From NCBI GenBank assembly GCA_044340835.1, contig JBIISV010000001.1, positions 13,837 through 77,836 of the forward strand: a DNA stretch of 64,000 bases. The letters run 5' to 3'. The notes beneath the pieces are model-generated. The model saw nothing but the letters and a program-made list of their open reading frames with translations, did not search any database and was not told where the DNA came from. This stretch comes from Polynucleobacter sp. Its GTDB lineage: Bacteria > Pseudomonadota > Gammaproteobacteria > Burkholderiales > Burkholderiaceae. A program made the translations under genes and the position numbers. Each line of letters begins with the position of its first letter. The stretch's first letter is position 1. Below, in pieces: positions 21,384 through 33,500 of this stretch.

Positions 21384-21524
21384 CAATCTGAAGCCCACCA
21401 TCTACCTAGGCCAACTGTAAGCAACGCGACAGATCGGATGCTAATAGTTTATTTTCTTGAAATTTACCAAATGCCTTGATGGCCAATGCAGCACACTTGA
21501 AAGCCTTACTTAAGAGCAATATAG

Positions 21525-24500
21525 TTACTTAGTTACTACGAGCGTCTTGTCGCTCAAGACATTTTTGCCGCGAACTAACGCGATCTTGACAGTAATCGGC
21601 AATGTGACATCAGCCAGCTTTGGTACTGAGAAGCTTCTATTTGCGACATTGAAGAGAATGCCGGAAGGTAATGGCGATCCATCCTCTAGTGTTGCCGTTA
21701 AGGTGCTATCTTTTGGCAGGAGCAACAACTTATAACCACTCAAGCTTGCAGGTGAACCAGAAACAGTGTCATTTCTACCGGATGACTCGATCAACTCTTG
21801 AGTTAGTTGGTCTGGCACCGGGAACTTCAAGGCACCAGAAGAAGGTGTGGGGAACGCATGCAGATAGACTGACGGATTATCGCTATCGCGCACATAAAGC
21901 ATTTCACCTTTGATTAGGGTATTGGGCTGTGCAGCCGGCTCATCACGTTTATCGATTACTTGAGCAAGGTTCTGGTTAGCAATGAGCGTCATGTTATTGA
22001 GCTTTTCTGGTGCAGGAGCTGGAGTTGAAGCTACAGCTGGTGCAGGAGCTGGAGTTGAAGCTGCAGCTGGTGCAGGAGCTGGATTCAGAGACGACGTAAG
22101 ATTTCGGGAAATAGTAGCGTTTAGAGCCTGGGTTGGACCCTGAATAAAGTAGTTTGGGTCGGATAACGTGAAGTTCTCCCAAGCTGCTGAAACCGGAATA
22201 GACCTCCTTGCAGTGGCTTGCGCAAATACACCTTGAGTGACAGATCCAGAGCTAATCTCGACTGGGTAATCCGTGAAGATCTGGCCAGCCAGTGTAGGGG
22301 TTCCAGTAATTACCGCTACGGTATTGCCATCTTCAAATTTGCTTACTGCAGTCAATCCGCTAATAGTTAATGGGGCCGGATTAATAGATAAACTTCCATT
22401 AACAAATGTAATAGCGTAGTTGTTAAGATTTGTATTGGCATTTGCTGTGGCTGATAAGGCGTCAATTGGCATATCAGTGACATTAGTTCCAGTAGCATAT
22501 CCAGAGAGCGTGAAACTCTGGCCTGCCACGATGCTGCCCGAACTTAGAACTGCACCACTATTGCTTTGCGCAGTGCCGTTAAACGTCACAGTGTTGTTAC
22601 CGCTAGTGTAGGTTAATGGTGCCTTGGCAATATTGATGGTGTAACCACTGCCATTAGGGGCAGCATTGACAGCAGCAACGCCATTGCTTGCAGTGGATGC
22701 AAGAACTGTATTTGTGACGCTGTAATTGGCTAGCTCGGCTCCAGACAAGACGGTGCCGCCATTAATAATGGTTTGCACGCCGGCATCAGCTACTGCAGCC
22801 GTTAAGCTTGTTGCACCTGTAACACTAGTCGCACCACCAACAAAGCCGGTCAGTACAGTTGTGGAGCTAATCGCATTGCTACCGTTGTACGTTAATCCAG
22901 CCGCAGTGACCGTTGCCGTTAAAGGTGCAGGAGTAATTCTGAGGCTACCGTTGTTATAGGTAATTTGGTAGTTAGATGCCAATGTATTCGAACCTGGTGA
23001 AGCAGCTAAAGCATCCGGCGTTGCAGTTGCCAGCACATTGCGTTGCTGTGCATATCCACCAATCGCAAAGGACTCACCTGTTGCAATCGTTCCGGATGTA
23101 AGGGTTGCGCCGCTGTTAGTTTGTGTTGCGCCATTAAATACAGATACGTTAACAACACCGGTATAGACCAATTGAGCCTTATTGATAATGCCCGAGGTTC
23201 CAGATGCGCCAGCAAAGGCAAAGTTAGCTGCATCCGGACCGCTAATGAGCGCATTATTAATGGTGTACCCTGCGGCAAGGTTTGCATTCGGGCTTGTAAA
23301 GTTACCGTTACCCACTACGGATGTAATACCGGTGATGCCCGTTGGCAAGTTTGTTGGTGTCAATGCTAGGCCATTGATTGCTGTCAAGCCGTTATACGTT
23401 TGTGTTGGGGTTGCTGCTCCAAACGTCAATGTCAGAGGGGTAATGTTTAAATTACCAGATGTGTAAATAGGCGTACCTTGATAATTCGTGGTTTGACCGG
23501 CAACAGTTGTAACGTTACCTGGGACCAAGGCGTAATTGCCCACTTTGAGGTAGTTTCCAGTGCTGTAGCTTCCACCAGCAACGGTTGGTGTCACAGTAAA
23601 GTTATAAATACCCTGCGCTGACGTGCCTACTGAAATTGAATCAGCTGCTGTCCACAAACTATTTGCTGAAGTGCTGCCTGAGCTTGGCGCTGTTACAGTT
23701 AAATTAACGATGTTTCGAGTCGCAGGTGTAACTCCAGCTACATCACAATTGGTACAGTAACCAACGGTCACATTCGGCGCAGCTTTGCTAATGGTTCCAT
23801 TATTAACTTGAGCTTCATTGTAGTTACCAAATACCTGCGAAGTCGTGCCAACGGATACAACCAAGATGGAGTTCCCCACCACTGTTAATGTTCCTGCAGT
23901 TGGAGTAACCGTGTAGTTAGGCGCAGTAACCGCTGGAATTAGTGATCCAGCGTAAGTGCCTGGCGCTGCTAGGCCAGCTGTACCAGTTGAATTAAGACTA
24001 ACCGTTGGTCCAACTGTAAATGCTGAGCTTGGAGTATCCGTACCTACTAAACCACTAACAACGTAAGTTGGATTCGTTGGGGTAACACCAACGAATGTAG
24101 CTGCATTATTAGCCGTAATGCTTAATGGTGCTGGAGTAATTGATCCTGGGGCAGTAATTGATGTTGGTAGAGCGTAATTAGAGAGATCGGTTGAACCAGT
24201 TGTTGTCCATACAGAAGGCGTTAAAGCGGCTGTAATGGTTGTTGCTCCAGCAACGTTCGCTGAATTATAGGTACCAGCCGCTTGAGTAATGTAAGCGCCC
24301 TGCCCGCTTACAAACCCGGTAATAGCATAGCTTCCTGGGCTTGATGATGTGCCTGCAGTTAATGTGGCTGCAGTTGTCGAGTCATAGACCTTAATTCCGC
24401 TGTTTGGTAACGTTGTAATACTTACGCTCAGCGTCAAAGGAGTAATTTTGATGCTGCCATTGACATAACGAATGTCATAGTTAGCAGATAACGTGTTTGC

Positions 24501-27500
24501 GCCTGGTGTAGCAGCTAGTTGATCTACTACGATACCCTGAGATACGTTAGTTGCCTTTGCGTAACCGCCTAGCGTAAAGCTTTGACCGCTAACGATGGTG
24601 CCTGTCGTTAATGATGCGCCCGCATTAGTTTGCTCTGCACCTGAATAAGGTGAAGTAGTAACTTGACCTGTGTAGACCAAAATTCTTCTGGCAACGTCAA
24701 TTGTGTAACCGCCACCAGCTGGGGTTGGACTTACCGAAGCCACTCCGTTTGCCCCGGTACCAGTTGTAGTTGCTAAAACTGTATTGGTCACTGCGTAGTT
24801 AAGGGAATCTGTACCAGATAAAGTCGTTCCGCCATTAGTAATGGTTTGTGTGCCGGCATTAGGAGATCCTGCTGTGAGTGCGGTTGCTCCCAAGACATCA
24901 GTCGCACCACCCACAAATCCGCTCAAGGCTGTCGTAGAAGTAATTGCCCCACTGCCGTTATAGATTAAAGCAGCTGGGGTTACCGTTGCAGTTAATGGCG
25001 CAGGAGTAATGGTCAAGCCACCCTGCACATAAGTAATGGTGTAGTTATTGGGGTTTGTTGCTCCAGTAGCTGTTGCAATCAAAGCATCCGGGCTTGAACT
25101 TAATGCGCCACTGGCGATATTGCCCACACGCGATACGTCCGTTTTTGTTGCGTAGCCACTAATCGCAAAACTATCACTACCAAATACTGTTCCTGATGTG
25201 AGTGTTGCACCATTATTCGTCTGTAGCGTGTTGTTAAATACGGTTGTCGTATTTTTTCCGGTATAGGTTATTGGGGCTGGAGTGATATCCACATTCGCAA
25301 TGCTTGTAGGCAATGCATAGTTTGAAGCATCCACTCCACCAGAAACGCTGGCAACTGTTAATCCAGCGGTATTGTTAATTGCACTTGTTCCCAACACATT
25401 GGCATTGGTCATCGTAGCCGACCCGCCTAAAGTGACGGTTTGACCATTAACACCAGTAAATGTTGTAGTTGCACCGGATACACCTGGAGCAAAGGTAGCG
25501 GTGCCGTTGTACACCATGGTTGGATTAGCAATCGTTAAGACGGCCGGATTAACCGTCAGTACACCATTAACGTAGCTGATGGTGTAGTTGCTTAAATTAC
25601 CGGTTCCAGCTGCTACGCTTGGAGTAATTGCATATGGTGAGCCCACCACATTAGCAGCAGCAAGCGCTCCGGATGAGCTCAACGTCACGCTGGAAACGGC
25701 ATCAGACCCAATTAGTCCACCAACGGTATAGCCATCAGCAGTTAAGGTCTTAACGCCGGATGCGTTGTAAGCAATTCCTGAATTGGTCGTTGTACTACCG
25801 TAGGTTTTGCTATCAGCGGTTGCGGTAATAATTAATGGCGCGCCAGTAATTGTGAGACTTCCGTGGTTATAGGTAATGGCGTAGTTATTGGCAACTGTTG
25901 ATCCAGCTGCTGTGGCAGCAAGAATATCTGCCACGGTTCCCTGACTCACATTGGTGGCAGAGGCATAACCCGCAATCGTGAAGTTATCTGTGGAATACAG
26001 GGTTCCCGATGTCAGAGTTGCTCCAGTATTGGTTTGGGCATTACTTGTATAGACCGATGAGCGAACAACACCGCTATAAACCAAGGGTGCTTTTGCAATA
26101 TTGATGGTGTAACCGCTTCCGTCTGTGGTTGCTGTGCCTGGAGCAGCCACCCCGTTTGTTGGTCCACCTGCAGCCTGGGGCACCAATACCGTGGTCGTTA
26201 CCGTGAAATTAGCAGCATCGTGGCCAGACAAGAGCGTGCCACCATTATTAATTGCAGTTACTCCGGCATTCGGGCTTGCAGCAGTGAGTGTGGTTACACC
26301 GCTAACACCAGATGGAACGCCTGCAAAAACCCCTGTACCGCTTAGGACTGTAGTGGAAGTCATTGCTGCACTAGCGTTATACGTCATGGCGCTAGGAGTT
26401 ACGGTTGCCAATAACTGTGCAGGCGTAATCGTCAGCGTACCGGATGTGTATGAGACGGAGCAGGATGAGCAATTGGCAGTGGAGCCAGATGCCAGAGTCA
26501 GATTTGCTGGTACTAAGGCATAGCTACCTACTCGCAGATGATTAGTTGTGCTGTAGCTACCTGCTGGAATCGTTGGTGTCACAGTAAATGTATAGGTAGC
26601 AGAATTTCCGGAAACGCCATCTACTGCAGTCCATACGCCGGTGCTGCTATTGCGAGCAACAGTGAAGTCAACCACACCAGAAACGGCTGGCTTATATTGA
26701 ACAGTGACAATCGGTGTGCCGGTGCCAGGTGGTGCTATATCAGCCTGGATGTTGGCAGTTTGTGTTGCATTGTAGGTGCCGTATACCTTCGAGGTAGTGC
26801 CAACAGCAACCAGAATGGCGTTGCTACCTAAGATAGTCAAGGTTCCTGGTGTTGCAGTAACGGTGTAGTTAGGTGCAGTAACACTAGGAATTACCTTCCC
26901 AGCAAATACCCCCGCAGTTGTTAATGAAGCATCAGATGCAAGAGCAACCGCTGGAGCAACTGTAAATACTGAAGATGTATCTGTACCAACTAATCCACTA
27001 ACGACATACGTCAAGTTACCTGCAGCCGGTTGCGTGTTTACAAAGGTGGATACGTCATTGGCCAATATTGCTAACGGCGCTTTAGTAATCGTACCTGTCG
27101 CACTTGCCGTTGTTGGCAGGCTGTAGTTCGATAAACTTGTGCCGGAATTTGCAGTCCAATTGGATGGTGACAAGGTAGTTGATACGGTTGTGGCAACGGA
27201 ACTTAACCCACTAGTAGAGGCATTAGCAGAGTTATAGGCTCCAGATGTCTGCGTAATAAATGCGCCCTGCCCGCTGACAAATCCACCAATGGTGTAGCTG
27301 CCATTCGTTGATGAAGTGCCTGCAGTTAATACAGCTCCGGTCGTGGAGTCGTACGTTTTAGTTTGTGGCGCTAGGGTCACTGTCAATGGTGCTGGTGTGA
27401 TGACGACATTAGCAATGCTGGCTGGTAATTCATAGTTAGAGCTACCAGAGCCTGCGAATGTTAGACCTGCCGTGCTAGTGATATTGCTACCACCAAGGAC

Positions 27501-30500
27501 ATTAGGATTAGTCATTGTGGCTGAGCCACCTAGAGTAAATGTTTGACCACCAACGCCTGTGACAGTTGCTGCAGTGCCAGATGTTGCTGTAGCAAATGTA
27601 GTTGTACCGTTGTACACCATGGTTGGGTTGGTGATGGTCAATACCGCCTTGTTGACGGTAAGACCGCCGTCAATGTAATTAATGCTGTAGTTGCTTAGGC
27701 CAGTTCCTGCTGCAGCACTTGGAGTGACTGAATAAGGAGTGATTGAAGCATTGGCTGCTGCAATAGCACCCGTTAATGAGCTCAGAGTTACTGTATTCAC
27801 TGCATCAGAACCCAGCAAGCCACTGATAGTGAAACCATCAGCACTCGTGGTCTTCACACCAGATGCGTTGTATGCAATTCCTGCGTTAGTGCTAGTGCTA
27901 CCGTAGGTTTTACTGTCGTTGGCCGCTGTAATAGTCAATGCTACTGGAGTGACATTAAAGGTAGATCTAACGTAGTTAATGGTGTAGTTACTTAAGTTGC
28001 TGCCCTGAGCAAGACTCTCAATAACACTGAAAGTGCCAGCAGTAGCTACAGAGCTGCCAGTAACCGCGGCGCCCGAGCTATTGCCTACATTAATAGCGCT
28101 AGTCGTTGAAGTCACCGCGTCACCCGTTGGGGTTCCACCAATAGTGGAGATTAATCCCGCAACTGAGTAACCCGCTTGTGTCAGCGTATTGAATGTAGTG
28201 ACACCATCATAAGCAGATGAAGATGACTTCGAGGCAATAGTGAGGGTTGCAGGATTAACGGTATACGTCCCTTTTCCTGCTGCAGGTGCAGTAATGGTTA
28301 CAAGGCCAAAAGTAGACAGAATATCGCCGGTAATCAAGGTGGTTGGACCGCCTACACGGTTAGCAGCAATCGTCGCTACTCCATTGATACTGCTTAAAGA
28401 GAGGCTACCTAAAACCGAAGACGCTGTCGGGCTTGCACCAAATGCGCCGCCACCAGATACAGTGACTGCCGTATTCGCTGCATTTTTAATCCAGGCTTGT
28501 GGAGCTGCATCGGTAAAGGCTACGCCGTATGTAGTGACATAACTATCCAATAATTGAACGCTGATCGTTGCAGGTGTCAGTGGTGAACGGTAGTTGACGT
28601 TATTTACACCGGCGTAGGCTAAATTCATGACGCCACCGCGGAGTGAATAAGTCACGTTTGTGCCAACTGAAGCAACCGCATTGGTTACGCCGGCTGCATC
28701 TTCAATGGCTCCCCCTGTGGCAGATGTAGGCTGAGCCATCGATAAAGAAATTACTCCACCGTTTGTATTATTCAGTGCACCAACCGCAGTAATCGTGCCG
28801 CCCGTTACCGTGCCAGCCGCGATGTTGTAGCCGCCGGTAATAGAGATGCCGCCGGCGCCTGAATCAGTAATAGCACCTGTCGCAGTATTCGCAGTTGATT
28901 GCACCACTACCCCACCCGCACCAGTATTAGTAACCTGGCCAAGCACAGAGACAGCACCATATGCACCCGCTGTATCTGCAGTTGCGAACGCTTGCGAAGA
29001 TGTACCAATGATGCTAATGCCACCAGCTGAAGTAATTGAGCTAGCGGCTGTTAAGTTAATGGAATTCGCGGTTTCGCTGATCGATGTCAGTGTGACTGGC
29101 CCTGCCAGCGCAGTAATGGCTGCTACATCCTGAATACCAACACCTGTTCCAGATGAAACGGTATTAATCCTCACACCAGTTGAGCCTGCTAATGTGCCAG
29201 CACTTAATGCACCAATAATAGTGGTACCGTTCACGTTTGCGAGTGTCGCCGTGGAACTCGAACCGTTGGTGTTATCAATCAAGATGTACCCAGGGACTAT
29301 AACCCCTCCATTGGTAATCAATGCACCATTGGTAAGCACTGAAAAATTAATGGCGGAAGTGCTTGTTCCTGCACCGATTGAAAGTGCACCATTTTGAATT
29401 GTTGATCCGCTATTGCCGGTTCTAGTGTCATACAAGACATTAGCAGCTGTTCCGCCAGTATTGGCAACAAGCGCAACAGTGCCAGTTTGGCTAATCTTGT
29501 TATTGGAAATAAAACTGATATTGCCGCCGACCTGGTTTTGAGTGATTGCGCCCGTGGCGCTGATACCGGTATTAGCACCCGCAGCAGCAGCATTACCTGT
29601 GATTGAAATATTTCCAGTGGTATTGGTGATTGCCGCTACCGCAACAACAGTTGGCGCAGTAGTTGATGTGCCAACTGCTGTAAAGCCTGCAGCAGATGAA
29701 ACTGCGCCAGTAAGTTTGATCGCATTGGCAGTTGCAGACTGGCCGGTTAAGGTAACTGGACCAACCAGGGAAGTTATTGTTGATGTGCCGTTGATACCAA
29801 GACCCGTTCCTGTGGCAATGGCATTAATTCTGACTCCGATATTTCCAGCCAGCGTTCCCGAGGTCATTGGGCCGGTAATACTTGCACCTAATGAATTAAG
29901 GGTTGTAGCTGTTGCAGATGGTCCGCTAACGGCGTTATTGTTGATATCGATGTAGCCAGAAACGTTAATGGCTCCAGCACCATTACTAATTGTGCCTCCA
30001 TTTGATTTTTGAATTAGGTTGACAGCGGACGTAGAATCTGCAGCAACGGTTATGGCGCCAGTATTATCTATGAACCCAGTACTGGTTGCTGTGGTTGTGT
30101 CATATAACACTTTAGTGGCAACGGTTGATGTATTTTTTGCCAGACTTATAGGGACGAAGGTTCCAATGCTCCCATTTGAAACAAAAACAATATCACCACC
30201 ATTTGAATTGTTTGTGATGCTACCGTTAGATACTCTAATGCCCCTACCGAAGTTAGTCACGACAGTGCTGCGGAACGAAAATGCCTCACCACCATTGACG
30301 TAATCATTTGAATTTCTAATGGTGAAATTAACTCCGTTAGCAAGATTCAAGCTGGTAGCTGTAGTATCGCCACCAGCACTTGTATTAGTGCTTGAACCAA
30401 GTATTTGAATTTTGTTTGCAATAACATTCAATTTTGCTGTGCCCGTACCAGCCCAAAGGTAAACGCCAATACCAGAAAGCCCTGCAACTGTACTGTTTGT

Positions 30501-33500
30501 ATTGCCATCCACAAAAAATGTTCCACCAGCATTAAAGTTCAGCGCGCCGTTGGTGTAGATTCCAGCTGAGCCATTATTATTGCCAGCAGCAGCCGCTATC
30601 GAATGATATCCCGCTAAATTAATATTGCCAGTTGCGGTTAAATTTGCCTGCAACCATACGGCAGAAGACAAATAACCATTGTATGCACCATAAATATTAA
30701 TATTTTTAGCGCTGATTCCCGCTGTTATTGTTACACCTGCCGTGGTTTGAAGATAAGTTGCAGTATTGGCAGAAGCATTGTATTGATTAATAAATGTGGA
30801 ATTTGTTCCGCCAACGTTGTATCTATTGCTTACTGTAATGTCGCCACTGATATTGATAGTGCCGCTAGAAAATATTTTTCCGCCAGAAGATTTAACCAAA
30901 ATATTGGTTAGATTGCTTCCAGTAGCGGTAGTGCCGCCAGTACTGGTAATTGCCCCGCTATTCTCAATCGTACCAGTACTGTTACCAGAGGTTGTATCAA
31001 ACAATACTTTACTCGCATTTGCTGTGTTATTAGTCGCAACAACAATATTATTTGAGTTGAAGATATTATTATTTGCTACAAGTAAAACATCTCCCCCGCT
31101 CGCATTATTTGTAATTGTGCCGTTCGTAAATCTAAGACCCCGTCCGGCACCAACTATGCTGGAGCCATAAAAGGATATTGCAGGTCCGCCAGCAGAATAA
31201 TCTGCTCCAGCATTGATAGTAAACTTTGTAAAGTTTGAATTAATGCCAATACCCGTGGTTGAGGTATCCACCGCGCTATTTGTACTGTAGCCCTCAAGAC
31301 TAATCTTGTTGGCAGTGACGTTTACGGTCGCAGCGGCCGTAGCATTGGCAAAATGAATACCGCCACTAGAGTAATTGGCGCTCGTTCCCTGTACCTTTCC
31401 AATAATATTAACAGTACCACCAGTGCTGGTGATATTTAGCGCAGAATTAGTATAAAAAGCGACACTACCAGCACCCGCCGAGGTTTGTGCGAATTGATTG
31501 GTTGCGTATACATTGATATCGCCAGATGCAGTCAGGTTTGCAGCAGCCCAAAAGCCCATATTGGTATAGCCGCTATTAGCAGCTGTCACACTGATTGTTT
31601 TAGCTGTAATAGTGCCCGTATTTTTCACGCCCCAAATAGACCCAGCTACAGCACCAATATAGGTAATTCCGTTGGTTTCGTTAATGAAGCCGCTTGTAGA
31701 ACCGCCAACAGCGTAAGTGTTATCTAAAGTTACAGCACCAGTTACATTAACAGCGCCAGAAATAACTATCTGCCCACCAGCAGTCTTGGCAACAATATTA
31801 GTCAAACTGGACCCAGTTGCAGTAATGCCACCTGAAAGTGTCATGGCTTTTTTTGAACCGCTAGTGTTATCTAGCGTTAAAGTTGCTGCAGTTCCAGAAT
31901 TATTGACAAAGTTGAGCGCTCCAGATTGCGTAATTTCGCCGGTAGCTACTACGTTTACGCTGGTACCAGCATTGATTGCAGCCTGGATATCGCCTGCTGT
32001 AATAGTAATTACGCCAGCATTGACTAAGGCTGATGCTAACGAACCACCGGTAGATCCACCTGCGGCACCAGCTGCAATTGTTACGTTGGTTGGATCCAGC
32101 AGCCATTCAGAGGCAAGCACTGTGACGGCATCTGTGCCCAATAGCTCAGCTGAGGTCTCTACCTTGTGCGCTATTAATGTGGAATTACTGACTGCTGTTA
32201 GTTTGCTTAGTCCACCACTGGAGTAGCCTTCACGACCAATGATGATGACGCCATGGTCTGCGATGATGCTGGAATGGTTAACTTCGATTTGGTCACCGAA
32301 AACGACGATGTTGCCGTTTGGTGCGTTGATGCCGGTTTGGCCATCGATGATGATGCTGCTGCTGGTGATGCCGTTGTTGCTGTTCAGTGCCGCTGCTGCT
32401 ACGGTGTTCTGTACGTAAGTTGAGAGCGCTGGAGGCGCAGTTGCTGGGGGAGCCAAGATGGTTCCATTACCCAGGTTATTAATCTGGCCAAGGTTAAGCA
32501 AGCCGCCCTGACTTATTCCTTCTGTACTGATCAATGCATTTGTTAAGTTGGTTTGGTCTTTACCTGCAATATCAATCTTGCCAGCATTACCCGATTTACC
32601 CAGGGTATCAATCACTGCATTGACATTTACTTTACCTGCAGTAGATAAAATAGTAATTGTTCCGCCATGAACTCCGTTTGCAGAGATATAGCTATTTGGG
32701 TTTGTATTTAGATTTGTAGCGTTGCTTATATTTGTACTACCGATATTAATATCACCCGTTGTGAGGATATTAATTAAACCGCCATTACTAATGTAATTAT
32801 TACCATCGGCAGTTAAGGTATTTTGATTATTAGCAGTGCTTCCATTTCTACGGTTATTTGCAGTACTTGTATTTATTGTATTTAGACTGCTGGAAGTGGT
32901 ATTTGTATTTGAGTTTTGGCTATTACCATTGGAATTAATATTACCTAGAATATTAATAATGGCGCCTGCTAAATAGATATTCGAATTCGGCCCACCATTC
33001 GTATTAATGGATCCATTCACATTAATGGTTTGAGCTACGGCATATACCGCCCCTGCAGTGATATTGCTATCAATATCAATCTGGCCGCCTGTGGCGACTA
33101 GGCTGAGGGAGCTTGCTGTATTGCTGGAGTAGATGTCTGCTCCAGCCATGATCCTAATCAATGCCGACTGGCTTTGGGTACACCCACCAAATGCACTACA
33201 GGAACTTCCTGTGGCATCTAGCGTTACGCTCGTTGTGTTGAGGGCATTGCTGATGGCAGCAGCTGCTGCGCTATCAATGATTAAAGTCGTCGGATCAATC
33301 ACCCACTGACCAGCCCTCCCTTTGGGTGCGCTGGTATCAAGTTTTGTAGCGCTTGCAATGGATACAGTACCCTTGGAGCTGGTTTCAATAAAGCCGCCAT
33401 TGCCGCCCTGCGCCCCACCCTTGGCCGATAGTGTTCCAGCAACCATGGTTGATAACTTAGACCAGATATTAATCGCGCCGCCGTTACCGCTTTGCGTTGC

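Noticed and set aside
22007-22083. 30-bp repeats as a possible CRISPR array
   Set aside because: Head-to-tail repeats with no spacers, in frame within the CDS; no cas genes
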